Source of the DNA: Proteiniphilum sp. UBA5283
Lineage (GTDB): Bacteria; Bacteroidota; Bacteroidia; Bacteroidales; Dysgonomonadaceae
Length of the DNA: 64,000 nt
Assembly (NCBI GenBank): GCA_002408485.1
Contig: DHSP01000029.1
Location: 1,977 to 65,976, forward strand
Direction: 5' to 3'
In this document: positions 51,376 through 61,062 of the stretch, piece after piece
Layout of the letters: every line of letters starts with the position of its first letter
How positions within the stretch are numbered: position 1 is the first letter of the stretch
Translations under genes and position numbers: made by a program
Notes under the pieces: model-generated
Seen by the model: only the letters and a program-made list of their open reading frames with translations
Told to the model about the DNA's origin: nothing
The model's database searches: none

Positions 51376-53433
51376 TTACGGTAAATTTTTTTTGTCCGTT
51401 TTCCAGAGGGTGGATAAGGAGAGCTGTGGCGTATCTCCAGTAAACATTTTTCCCGCTTCGCCATCACCTTTTAATTGCCATTTAACCCAGGCTGTGGCCA
51501 CTCTGGCAAATTCACCTCCGTGGGGCTGCCCATAGGTGCCTCCATGCCCGACGTCCATATTGGCCACAAAAACAGGTACATGGTTGATACGCCGATAGTC
51601 GTCCATGCCATTTTTGTAAGCGATGTCCGTTTCTCCACCCAGCAGATAGAGCGTAGGGCTATGTAATTTTGCCAGATGCTCTTTTGTCAAACCCGGCATG
51701 CCCGGCATGCCACCTCCATCACCGATGATGCCGCTGTTACAGACAAGGGCCGTGGTAATGCGCGGATCCGGTGCAACTTCAAGCGTTTGCAGCCCCCCAC
51801 AGGACATGCCGCTGACTGCTATTTTGGACGTATCAATTTTATTGTACAGAGGACTTCGCTGATCTTTGTTTTGAGAAATAGCCCAATCGATGGCATCCAG
51901 CAACTGGGAAGAAGTGGACCTTCCCATCCCTCGCTCCCCCTCCTGGGGCATAGGCCCGATTGCAACGACTAAAAAACCGTGGGAAGCCACCTCCGACAAA
52001 AAATTAACATGTTCCCAGGGAGAATTTGCACAGGCCCCGTTTCCCCATGCAATAATCGGTAGTTTATGGCTCTCCCCGAAAGGTTCGAGATCATCCGGCC
52101 GGAACAGTGTATGGGTGGGTAATGAGTCATCGGTATACATGATGGCACGATAAGCGCCGGTACCGCCATCTTCCACCATAACCCTCCGTGAAGTTTCATC
52201 GGGAGCGGGGGCGGAGCTGACTTTGGAACCAGGAAGCAATTCTGCCGGGGTATTGTTTTTGTTTTTTTTCCACAAGTTGGGTAAAAAACGATTGTAGAGC
52301 AGATATCGCCAGGTGGACCAATCATGCGCCCCGCGTCCTCCCACAAAATATTCGTGATGAATATTGTGGTTGGTAAGCGCGTTATGCAGTGCCTGAACAC
52401 GTAGGTTGAAAAAACTATCAGCCTCTTTTGTTCCCTGTCCTACAAAAAGATAATCAACTTTGTTATTGACGTCCGGATCATTTAGAAAATCCCTCAACGA
52501 TTCTTCCGGATTTGTATCGCCTGCACTAAGGATGCCGAAGTTCGCAAAAATATCAAGCGACCTGAAACCGACAAACATACTGTGCCTTCCTCCCATCGAA
52601 AGGCCTGAAATAGCTCTCCCTTTTGCCTCCCGTATTGTGCTGTAATTTTTGTCTATCAGTGGAATAACATGTTCTCTGAGCTCCTTTTCGAATATGTCAA
52701 AAGTTAATTCGGTATGCTGCGGATGATTGCGATGAATGACCTGATTATTTGGAATGACGATGAGCATGGGCTCCGCCTTTCCCTCGGCCAGCAAATTATC
52801 CATGATGAAATTTACCCTTCCGTCGTAAACCCAGTTGGAGGGCAATTCACCACTTCCCCCCAGCAAATACAATACGGGATATGATTTTTTTTCGTCGTAT
52901 CCGGGAGGAACATAAACATACAATTCGCGTTCACCTTCTGTTACATCGGAATGATAGATGTGACGGATGATCTTTCCATGGGGAACATTTTTTGCATCGT
53001 AATAAGCTGGTTCCTTGTCGTGAACAACAAGCTGGCTATAGGGTGGCATCGCGGTAAATGCAGCATATGTATTACTCGGATCCGTAATTTGCATACCATC
53101 TACAACAAAATGGTAAGCATAGATATCCGGTATAAGGGGGCCGATGGTTAATGTCCACACTCCATCTTCACCCCTGGTGAACGGAATAGGCTCGTTTCCT
53201 TTTCCCAGTGAGGTGAGAATGGCTCCCGGGGGAAGTTTAACTTCATTCGCCCAGGGAGCTTTCAATCTGAAAGTAACCATTCCATTATCATCTACTTCGG
53301 GAGAATTTAGCGGTGCACTAAACGGAATCAGTCCTTCCCTGTTCTTTTGTGGATTGTAATCGAGATTTACATTCGCCTGTTGGGCGATTAAAAAAGATGG
53401 TAAAAATATTAGTATCAAAACCCGATATTTCAT
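51376..53433 (-). CDS. Bifunctional esterase: CBM48-CE1 domain fused to a second alpha/beta hydrolase (chlorophyllase/feruloyl-esterase-like)
   Basis: Domain 1 has YPVLYLLGGSG, SGLSMGG and GAHDWSTWR. Domain 2 has LPIIAWGNGAC, SGMSCGG, GGETDIAY and VGHGGT. Start MKYRVL (53433). Confidence 0.88.
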   Translation of the reverse strand: MKYRVLILIFLPSFLIAQQANVNLDYNPQKNREGLIPFSAPLNSPEVDDNGMVTFRLKAPWANEVKLPPGAILTSLGKGNEPIPFTRGEDGVWTLTIGPLIPDIYAYHFVVDGMQITDPSNTYAAFTAMPPYSQLVVHDKEPAYYDAKNVPHGKIIRHIYHSDVTEGERELYVYVPPGYDEKKSYPVLYLLGGSGELPSNWVYDGRVNFIMDNLLAEGKAEPMLIVIPNNQVIHRNHPQHTELTFDIFEKELREHVIPLIDKNYSTIREAKGRAISGLSMGGRHSMFVGFRSLDIFANFGILSAGDTNPEESLRDFLNDPDVNNKVDYLFVGQGTKEADSFFNLRVQALHNALTNHNIHHEYFVGGRGAHDWSTWRYLLYNRFLPNLWKKNKNNTPAELLPGSKVSSAPAPDETSRRVMVEDGGTGAYRAIMYTDDSLPTHTLFRPDDLEPFGESHKLPIIAWGNGACANSPWEHVNFLSEVASHGFLVVAIGPMPQEGERGMGRSTSSQLLDAIDWAISQNKDQRSPLYNKIDTSKIAVSGMSCGGLQTLEVAPDPRITTALVCNSGIIGDGGGMPGMPGLTKEHLAKLHSPTLYLLGGETDIAYKNGMDDYRRINHVPVFVANMDVGHGGTYGQPHGGEFARVATAWVKWQLKGDGEAGKMFTGDTPQLSLSTLWKTDKKNLP

Positions 53434-53463
53434 ACGATTAAAATATTTTTTCACATTAATGTG

Positions 53464-53521
53464 TATGGAACTCGCTTTAATCATGTTCTTGGGTATGAAT
53501 GATTCTCATGCTCGTTTCATA
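53464..53521 (-). repeat. Dispersed intergenic hairpin element, copy C
   Basis: mRNA-strand sequence UAUGAAAC-GA-GCAUG...CAUG...GC-GA-GUUCCAUA. Confidence 0.85.
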
Positions 53522-53637
53522 ACCCTTATTAATTTAAGTTTGAACAAATCTTTATCTGAACAAAATGTAAAATTACCCGATTTATCTGTCAGCCGGAGAG
53601 GATTATTCTGTTTAAATGGTGAACTCATCTTCACATT

Positions 53638-56280
53638 TTACAATTCTACGACGATATCCACACTTTTTAAACCGCTGTTGGCTGAGGTCCCGCCGTATAA
53701 CAGGGTGTAATTGCCGGCTTTCGGGATAAGTCCGTCGGTAGGCCCGTCGTAAAATTCAAACGCATCAGCGTGCACATTCAGTTCCACCTCTTTTGTCTCC
53801 CCCGGTGCCAAATATATCCGCTTAAATGCGCATAGTGATTTATTGGGAGCTTCCGGATCATTATTTCTTCTTACGTAGAGTTGAACTACTTCCTCTCCTC
53901 CAGTGGAAGATTGATTGGTGACGGGAATAATTATATTTGTCCCCTCAACAGCTTTTACCCTGTTTGAACCCATCCGTGCCTCACCATAACGAAACTCAGA
54001 ATAACTTAGACCGTGTCCAAAGGGATAAAGCGGTTCTTCCTTCATATAGCGGTACGTACGTCCTTCCATATTGTAGTTCTGAAAACCCAGATGTTCCGGA
54101 TTGTTTGCCTTTTCAAGCGCGTTGTCGAGTTGCTCTGTCGACTTGTAAAAAGTGATCGGAAGTCGCCCTGCCGGATTGTAATCTCCGAACAGTACATCTG
54201 CCACAGCAGTTCCCGCTGCCTGTCCCCCATACCACGCTGCAAGCAGCGCATCGTAATTCTGTTCATCCTGTTCCAGGGCCAGTGAGCTGCCGGAGCAGAG
54301 AACAAAAACTACCGGCTTGCCTGTCTTCTTAAGATCGGCCAGGAGGCGACGTTGCACATCGGGAAGTTCCAATCTCTGGCGGTCGCCCCCTTTAAAGCCG
54401 TCTGCACTCACAGGCATCTCTTCTCCTTCCAGGCGGGGAGACAATCCTCCCACGTAAATGATTACGTCCACATCTTTGATCCGCTCTGTCAACCCTTCAA
54501 ACTGAGCCAGTTCCTTGCGGAATATGGAGAAGTCGATGTTTACACGCCGGCCAGTCTGGGTGTGTTCCAACATGATTTCGTATGTTTTTCCCTTGGTCGC
54601 GTTGAACGCATATTCAGAAGGGACAGAGGCTTCCCGGCCACTTTGTGACATCACCTCCACTCCGTCCATATAGAGTCTGTATTGGTCTGAAGTACGGGCC
54701 GACATGACCACCTCTCCTGTATAGGGGGCGGTGAAGATGCCACTAATGCGTGTGGAGGTGTTATCCATCTTTACGCCCTGGGCCAGCGCTGTTCCTCCGG
54801 AATTGTTGTACCGGATTCCTTCGTTGTTAATTTTTGTTGCAACCGGATTTCCTTCAAACCTGTTGTTGTTGAAAAATTCCACATAAAGCCCCTCTGAATT
54901 TTTCTGCCGGTTGCTGAAATTTTCGTAGAGCGAAGTCCTTACCCATGTGTCCACCAGGTCACAGCCACTCTCATAGATAATTTCGGCATCGGGAAGCTTG
55001 TCACGGATACCGTCCAGTATGGTTACAGTAGAGGAGGGGGTGCCGTTATAATTACCCCAGAGCATCACGCTGTCTGCAGCGTTCGGGCCGATCACCGCAA
55101 TTCGTCCGATATCTTTGCCTAAGGGCAATAAATTATTCTTGTTTTTCAGGAGAGTCATCGATTCACGAGCTACCTTTAGGGCATTTTCTCTATGCTCTGG
55201 TGAATTCACTACCGAAAGGGGAAGATGACTCCACGGTACTTTTCCGGCAGGATCCAGCATTCCCAGCTCGAACCAGCCACGTAAAACATGACGGAGTGAT
55301 CGATCGATCTCTTCTTCTGTTATTAAACCTTGTTCTACTGCCAGTACAAGATTCTCATACACGCTGCCACATTCCAGGTCGGTCGTGTGAATTACCGCAT
55401 CGGCGGCAGCTGATTCCGGGGTAGGATGTGTCCCGTGATTGTCCGGCAGATAAAAGTCGTTGATCCCCCAGCAATCAGACACCACCATGCCGTCATATGC
55501 CCACTCGTTTCGCAAAATATCTAGCATCAGCTTGCTACTTCCGCAACAGGGTTCACCTTCGAATGCGTTGTATGCACACATCACCTGCCTTACGTTGCCT
55601 TCGTGTACCAACGCTTTAAAGGCCGGAAGGTAGGTCTCCCACAAATCGCGGGCAGAGACAGATGCGTCGTAGGAGTGGCGGTTCCATTCGGGACCACTGT
55701 GTACCGCAAAGTGTTTTGCACAGGCATACGTTTTGTAATAGACAGAATCATTTCCCTGTAGTCCTTTTACGGCAGCAACGCCCATGCGGGCTGTCAGAAA
55801 AGGATCCTCTCCATAAGTTTCCTGACCTCTTCCCCAGCGAGGGTCGCGAAAAATATTGATGTTGGGAGTCCAGAAACTAAGACCGTAATATCGCCCTCTG
55901 TTATCGTTCCGTATCGCTTCGTTATACTTAGCCCGTGCCTCGTCTGATATGAAGGTGAAGGCCTTCAGATGACCCGGTTCATTCCATGTGGCTGCCATCC
56001 CAATCGCCTGCGGGTAAACGGTAGCCAATCCGGCCCGGCCGACTCCGTGCAACGCTTCGTTCCACCAGTCGTAGGCCGGTATGCCGAGGCGGGGAACAGG
56101 CTTGGAGGAATTTACCATTAAGCCGGCCTTCTCTTCCAGCGTGAGCAGGCTGATCAGGTTTTCAACCCGTTCCTCTACATCCAGATTGGGATTCTGAAAA
56201 GGGTATTTATAGTTTGTTTTGCAGCCCGGTATGATCATAAGCCCGGCAAAAATCACGATTAAAAATGATAGTTTGTTCAT
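53638..56280 (-). CDS. xyl3A: GH3 beta-xylosidase with PA14 insertion and Fn3-like C-terminus (Xyl3A type)
   Basis: Motifs WWNEALHGV, WTPNINIFRDPRWGRGQETYGEDP, CAKHFAVHSGPE, VVSDCWGI, a PA14-like insert, LEGEEM and YPFGHGLSY. Lipobox-like IPGC. Confidence 0.93.
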   Translation of the reverse strand: MNKLSFLIVIFAGLMIIPGCKTNYKYPFQNPNLDVEERVENLISLLTLEEKAGLMVNSSKPVPRLGIPAYDWWNEALHGVGRAGLATVYPQAIGMAATWNEPGHLKAFTFISDEARAKYNEAIRNDNRGRYYGLSFWTPNINIFRDPRWGRGQETYGEDPFLTARMGVAAVKGLQGNDSVYYKTYACAKHFAVHSGPEWNRHSYDASVSARDLWETYLPAFKALVHEGNVRQVMCAYNAFEGEPCCGSSKLMLDILRNEWAYDGMVVSDCWGINDFYLPDNHGTHPTPESAAADAVIHTTDLECGSVYENLVLAVEQGLITEEEIDRSLRHVLRGWFELGMLDPAGKVPWSHLPLSVVNSPEHRENALKVARESMTLLKNKNNLLPLGKDIGRIAVIGPNAADSVMLWGNYNGTPSSTVTILDGIRDKLPDAEIIYESGCDLVDTWVRTSLYENFSNRQKNSEGLYVEFFNNNRFEGNPVATKINNEGIRYNNSGGTALAQGVKMDNTSTRISGIFTAPYTGEVVMSARTSDQYRLYMDGVEVMSQSGREASVPSEYAFNATKGKTYEIMLEHTQTGRRVNIDFSIFRKELAQFEGLTERIKDVDVIIYVGGLSPRLEGEEMPVSADGFKGGDRQRLELPDVQRRLLADLKKTGKPVVFVLCSGSSLALEQDEQNYDALLAAWYGGQAAGTAVADVLFGDYNPAGRLPITFYKSTEQLDNALEKANNPEHLGFQNYNMEGRTYRYMKEEPLYPFGHGLSYSEFRYGEARMGSNRVKAVEGTNIIIPVTNQSSTGGEEVVQLYVRRNNDPEAPNKSLCAFKRIYLAPGETKEVELNVHADAFEFYDGPTDGLIPKAGNYTLLYGGTSANSGLKSVDIVVEL

Positions 56281-56381
56281 TTCTGTAAAATGTTAGTAAC
56301 GTTATAATTTTTTTGTCAGTTGTCTCATCGGCTTTATCTGTTAAACCGGCAGATTGTGCCGGAATATTGATAGAAAGATTT

Positions 56382-56395
56382 TGTGTACGTACACA
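56382..56395. promoter_or_regulatory. Perfect 14-bp palindrome, candidate LacI-family operator
   Basis: TGTGTACGTACACA with a central CG, about 100 bp upstream of the GH3 start. Confidence 0.6.
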
Positions 56396-56443
56396 GCACC
56401 CGGTCATGTTTTTATCAAATTGAATTTTCTATGGTTTTAACTA

Positions 56444-58525
56444 TTACTGTTTTTTGATTTTCCAGACCAGAACACCTGCTGTGGGAATCGTGCTGTTGCC
56501 AATCAATGTTTCCGCTTCATCGGGAAGTTTTAGCGCATACGATTTGTCGCTGTAATTCAAGGCAATGCCAAATCCGTCACGGTATTCCACCAGAATGCCT
56601 GGCGGATAGTTTTCCACCGCAATATCCAATCGGGCGAAGACCTTGGCAAGTACCGCCAGCTCCAGATCACCCTCATTGCTGTCTGCTCCTACGTAAGTGA
56701 CACTCCCTTTTTTATGCTGATGATAGCTTACTGCTGTTTTTCCGGCATAGAAGTCGCCACTATAGGCAGCCCATCTTTCGGTATCTGCCAAAGGTTTCAG
56801 CACATCTCCCCAGCTGCTCCAGGCATATGGCTTTCCATCCATCATCACCGTGTCGGATGCATAGGGACGAAGCAGGTCGTAGAACTCAATTTCACCCCCG
56901 ATCAGCCCGTAGAGCGGTTCAGCATGTCTTGCCTCCCAGAGATGGCCCAGTTCATTCTGGTGGCCGGTCCGGCACGATATGACCAGGTTTCCTCCGTTCT
57001 CTACGTATCGGGTCAGTTTGTCTGCCAGGCTGAGGCTCATCTGCTGATAGGCGGGTACCACGATGACGGGATATTTAGTAAAATCGGTTGAATCACGGAT
57101 AAAATCGACCGGTGCTCCAAACGATTTGAGGGCTTTATAATACTTTAGCACATGCTGTTCGGTATTCCAGAGCACGGTCTGTTTGTTCTGTTCAATGGCT
57201 ACGGTGTTGTCCGGATCGTACAGGATGGCTGTTTTTCTTTGCCTGTATGCTGCCGGTGTGCTGCCCGGAGATGAGTGTTGTCGCAAAAGACTTATCTCCT
57301 CCATAAATTGCTGAAAATCCGATCCACCCGGGGTAGGTGTGACACCATCGGTGCCCACAATGCCGTAATGATACTGTTCAAATCCGTAGATGGGAGCGCG
57401 GAACCGGTAGGTACATGTGAACTTGCTTCCACCGGCGAAGACGTGCCATAACCATAGTCGTACTGCTCCGGGAAGTGGCTGAGAGTTAACAGTACCCCAG
57501 TTGACTTGTCCCGGTTGCAACTCCATCACTCCGTATAGCGGTGTCAGGGGCCTGAAGTAATCATTCGCCATGGCAATACGGGAATATTCCCCGATCCGGT
57601 ACCCTTTTTTACCAATTCCTTCCTGTTCGCCGTACACCATGTAGCGGGTGTAAGTAATAAAGTCGAGTTCTTTGCTTGCACCAATGAAACGGGCATCATA
57701 CATCGGAATGAAATTGGTGGTAATCCATTGATTCCGTCCGCTATGCCGGCGGATTGTGGAGGCTTGTTCGTCGAGGAATGTGGTTGTTTCATCATCGCAG
57801 AAGCGGCTATGATCGAGCCGCTGATACAGGTTCATACCCCACTGTTTGTGTTGCGGGAGATTAATTTCCGAAAAATTGCTATAGGTGCCACTCCAGAAAT
57901 TGGTGCCCCAAGCCCTGTTTAAAACGTCAATTGTATTATATTTTTTCTGTAACCAGTTGCGAAACCTTTTTTGTGCATCCTTGCCGTAATCGACCGTTGA
58001 GCGGGGCTCGTTGTCCAGTTGCCACCCTATGACTCTGTCGTCCTTTCCGTAGCGCAGGGCCAATTGTTCGATCATCTTCAGCGAATAAGCGCGGTAAAAC
58101 TCATTGGAAAAAGAAGCATGCTGACGGGAACCGTGATCATAACGGGTCCCATCTTCCCGGGTGATCAGAATTTCGGGGTGTTTGCGCACCAGCCACACCG
58201 GAGGTGTTGCTGTGGAAGTACACAAAACCACTTTCAAATTGTTCTTTGCTGCCAATCCGATCGCCTTGTCCAGCCAGTCGAAATCATATACCCCCTCTTC
58301 CGGTTCCAGTTGTGTCCAGGCAAACTCTGCAAAATGGGTAAACTCAAATCCCATTTCTGCCATTTTTTTTAAATCCCTGTCCCACTGCGATTCATCCCAG
58401 TGCTCCGGGTAGTAGTAGGCGCCTACTGTCGTTAATTGACGGGGTGGAAAGTAGTCATGGCTGTTCTGTGAGATGACCATATGGCTCATCATGCACAGGA
58501 TTAGAAGTGGTGAGGTCCGTTTCAT
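56444..58525 (-). CDS. GH42 beta-galactosidase
   Basis: Motifs YYYPEHW, AEFAWTQLEP, TSTATPPVWL, WQLDNEP, VMELQPG and EQYHYG. Start MKRTSP (58525). Confidence 0.94.
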   Translation of the reverse strand: MKRTSPLLILCMMSHMVISQNSHDYFPPRQLTTVGAYYYPEHWDESQWDRDLKKMAEMGFEFTHFAEFAWTQLEPEEGVYDFDWLDKAIGLAAKNNLKVVLCTSTATPPVWLVRKHPEILITREDGTRYDHGSRQHASFSNEFYRAYSLKMIEQLALRYGKDDRVIGWQLDNEPRSTVDYGKDAQKRFRNWLQKKYNTIDVLNRAWGTNFWSGTYSNFSEINLPQHKQWGMNLYQRLDHSRFCDDETTTFLDEQASTIRRHSGRNQWITTNFIPMYDARFIGASKELDFITYTRYMVYGEQEGIGKKGYRIGEYSRIAMANDYFRPLTPLYGVMELQPGQVNWGTVNSQPLPGAVRLWLWHVFAGGSKFTCTYRFRAPIYGFEQYHYGIVGTDGVTPTPGGSDFQQFMEEISLLRQHSSPGSTPAAYRQRKTAILYDPDNTVAIEQNKQTVLWNTEQHVLKYYKALKSFGAPVDFIRDSTDFTKYPVIVVPAYQQMSLSLADKLTRYVENGGNLVISCRTGHQNELGHLWEARHAEPLYGLIGGEIEFYDLLRPYASDTVMMDGKPYAWSSWGDVLKPLADTERWAAYSGDFYAGKTAVSYHQHKKGSVTYVGADSNEGDLELAVLAKVFARLDIAVENYPPGILVEYRDGFGIALNYSDKSYALKLPDEAETLIGNSTIPTAGVLVWKIKKQ

Positions 58526-58571
58526 GCTGTTCAAACTGGTTATTTCCAATGGTATATGTTGCCTGTAACTG

Positions 58572-58579
58572 CAAATATA
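58572..58579 (-). promoter_or_regulatory. Candidate -7 promoter box of the GH42 operon
   Basis: Minus-strand TATATTTG about 47 bp upstream of the start. Confidence 0.5.
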
Positions 58580-58823
58580 ATAGAATTATTTTATTTTCCG
58601 GTAAAATCGGAAAGAGATTATTCAAAACCCTAAGCCAGGAGGGTAATCACACCTATTGCCCGATCGCAAATTGTACTCTATCCTTATGCGACAAAAAAGG
58701 ATCCGGCAGATCGGTAAAGTTATTTTATGGAAATAGAGAAAAAGTTTGTTTCTTTGTGTAACAAACTACATTAAAGATCGCTCATCTGTGAGGTGTTGAA
58801 CTTGTATCATTAAATTTACCGGA

Positions 58824-59885
58824 ATGCAACGAAAAGCTCGAATCAAGGATATTGCAGAAATGGCAGGAGTCTCGCCCGGAACAGTAGACCGGATACTTCA
58901 TAACAGAGGAAATGTATCGGAGTCGGCCCGGAAAGCTGTCGAGGATGTTTTAAAAAAAGTAAACTACAAGCCGAATATTCATATTACCGGATTATCGCTA
59001 AAGCGCAGATACAAGGTCGTTATTACCACGCCCAATGTTACTGAGGGTGAATACTGGGAGAGCATTCATTCCGGAATACAGCATGCACTGGACGAATATG
59101 AGAATATTCGCATCAAACGCATAATATATACTTATAACGAATTTGATGTCTATTCCTGTCGGGAAGTGTACGACCGGATTCTGGAAGTTGATGCGGATGG
59201 AGTAATTCTTGGGTTGACTTTCAAGGAGGAGACTCTACGCCTCACCCGACAGCTCGAAGAGAGAGGAATTCCCTATATATTTGTGGATTCCACCATGGAT
59301 TCCACTTCTCCACTCGCATTCTTTACTTCCGATCACTATATGTGTGGATACCTGATGGCCAGGCTTATTACGTCCATTATCCCCGCAGGCTCGGATATCG
59401 GTATGTCGCAGGCACTACGAATTGGTGATGAAAGCGCCAACACGAGTATTTTGAGGAAAAAAGGCTTTCATGACTATCTGATGGAGAAGAAGATCGACAA
59501 CAGCGTGCTGAAAATCCCCTATTCAGCGTTGGAACCGGAGAAAAATGATGCGTGGATGTCGGATTTTTTCCAGCATCAGCACAATGTCGGCGGTGTTGTT
59601 TTTTTCAATTCACGTGGCGGGATTTTAGCTGACTACTTTGCAAGAAACGGAATCAACAATATCCATTTGATTGGGGTGGACCTTACGGTGTCCAATGTGA
59701 AAGGCCTCAGGGAGGGATATATAGATTTTTTAATCGGACAGGAGCCTGAACATCAGGGTTTCCTGGCGATGAAGACAATGATTGAGTATCTGGTTTACAG
59801 AAAACCGGTCCGACAGCAAAACTACGTACGACTGGATATTCTCACCCGCGAGACCATTGACTTTTACAGTGAGTTCAACTCCTAA
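58824..59885 (+). CDS. LacI-family transcriptional regulator (paralogue 1)
   Basis: HTH RIKDIAEMAGVSPGTVDRILHNRGNVS...VNYKPN followed by a periplasmic-binding-protein-like sugar domain. Confidence 0.95.
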   Translation: MQRKARIKDIAEMAGVSPGTVDRILHNRGNVSESARKAVEDVLKKVNYKPNIHITGLSLKRRYKVVITTPNVTEGEYWESIHSGIQHALDEYENIRIKRIIYTYNEFDVYSCREVYDRILEVDADGVILGLTFKEETLRLTRQLEERGIPYIFVDSTMDSTSPLAFFTSDHYMCGYLMARLITSIIPAGSDIGMSQALRIGDESANTSILRKKGFHDYLMEKKIDNSVLKIPYSALEPEKNDAWMSDFFQHQHNVGGVVFFNSRGGILADYFARNGINNIHLIGVDLTVSNVKGLREGYIDFLIGQEPEHQGFLAMKTMIEYLVYRKPVRQQNYVRLDILTRETIDFYSEFNS

Positions 59886-59953
59886 TCCAAGGTGTTGTAT
59901 TTTCTCCTCACCATCCTGCAGAAGATTGTAAAGCCTCACCAAATACATCGGTA

Positions 59954-61021
59954 ATGCACGAAAAAGTCCGCATAAAAGATATTGCAGAAATGGCCGGAGT
60001 ATCGCCGGGAACTGTCGACCGCGTCATCCACAACAGGGGCAGAGTCTCTGAGACTGCCCGGATTGCGGTGGAGGAGGTGATGAAGAAAGTAAATTACAGG
60101 CCGAATATTCATATTACCGGACTCTCTTTAAAACGAAGATACAGGGTCGTGATCACCACGCCTAACGTGATGGAGGGGGAGTACTGGGAAAGCATTCATG
60201 CGGGTATCCGGCACGCCCTGGAAGAATATGAGAATATTCGTGTTAAATGTTTGATTTATAATTATAACCAGTACGATATCTATTCCTGCCGGGAGGTATA
60301 CAACAAAATAGCGAAGATTGATGCAGATGCCGTGATCATTGGTACTACCTTCAAGGAAGAAACCGTTCGTTTGTCCAAAGAACTCGACAAAAAAGAGATT
60401 CCCTATATCCTGGTTGATTCTATGGTGGAAAACACCTCTCCTCTAGCTTATTTTACGTCCGATCATTATATTTGCGGATACCTGGTAGCCAAACTGATTA
60501 CTTCCATTATCCCGATAAACTCTGAGATCGGCATGGTGCAGGCGGTCAGAATAGGCGATGAAAGTGCCAATAGCAGTATATTGCGAAAAAAAGGTTTTCA
60601 GGATTATCTCACCGAAGAAAAGATCACGAATAAAATTAAGAGGATCTCTGTCACGGCAATGGAACCGGAGAAGTACGATGAGCAGCTGCGTACCTTTTTT
60701 AAGGACCATCCCAATATCGGAGGAGTGGTGGTGCTCAACTCACGGGGCGGGATAGTGGCGGATTTTTTCGCCAGAAAGGGCATCAGGGATAAAAAAATGA
60801 TCTGTGTCGACCTCACCGTGCCAAACGTGAGAGGGCTCAAAGACGGGTATATCGATTTTCTGATTGGGCAGGAGCCCGAGCATCAGGGGTTTCTTGCCAT
60901 GAAGACGTTGATCGAATACCTGATTTACAGGCATCCCGTGAAGGTACAGAATTATATCCAACTCGATATTCTGACAAAAGAAACCATTGTTTACTACAAG
61001 CAGTTCAATTTTATTTCCTGA
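59954..61021 (+). CDS. LacI-family transcriptional regulator (paralogue 2)
   Basis: HTH RIKDIAEMAGVSPGTVDRVIHNRGRVS...VNYRPN. Colinear with paralogue 1 over its whole length. Confidence 0.95.
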   Translation: MHEKVRIKDIAEMAGVSPGTVDRVIHNRGRVSETARIAVEEVMKKVNYRPNIHITGLSLKRRYRVVITTPNVMEGEYWESIHAGIRHALEEYENIRVKCLIYNYNQYDIYSCREVYNKIAKIDADAVIIGTTFKEETVRLSKELDKKEIPYILVDSMVENTSPLAYFTSDHYICGYLVAKLITSIIPINSEIGMVQAVRIGDESANSSILRKKGFQDYLTEEKITNKIKRISVTAMEPEKYDEQLRTFFKDHPNIGGVVVLNSRGGIVADFFARKGIRDKKMICVDLTVPNVRGLKDGYIDFLIGQEPEHQGFLAMKTLIEYLIYRHPVKVQNYIQLDILTKETIVYYKQFNFIS

Positions 61022-61062
61022 ACAGTTTCTTTTGTTTTGATTCCATGCAATTGAGCTATTGT

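Noticed and set aside
53464-53521. Hairpin element as a hammerhead ribozyme (GAAAC...GUH) or kink-turn
   Set aside because: There is no conserved CUGANGA core at a suitable position, and the tandem GA loop lacks the 3-nt bulge of a k-turn.
58637-58644. ACCCTCCT on the minus strand resembling the HTCS box upstream of GH42
   Set aside because: It lies 65 bp from the -7 match at 58579, not at the 48- or 27-bp spacing of the other promoters.
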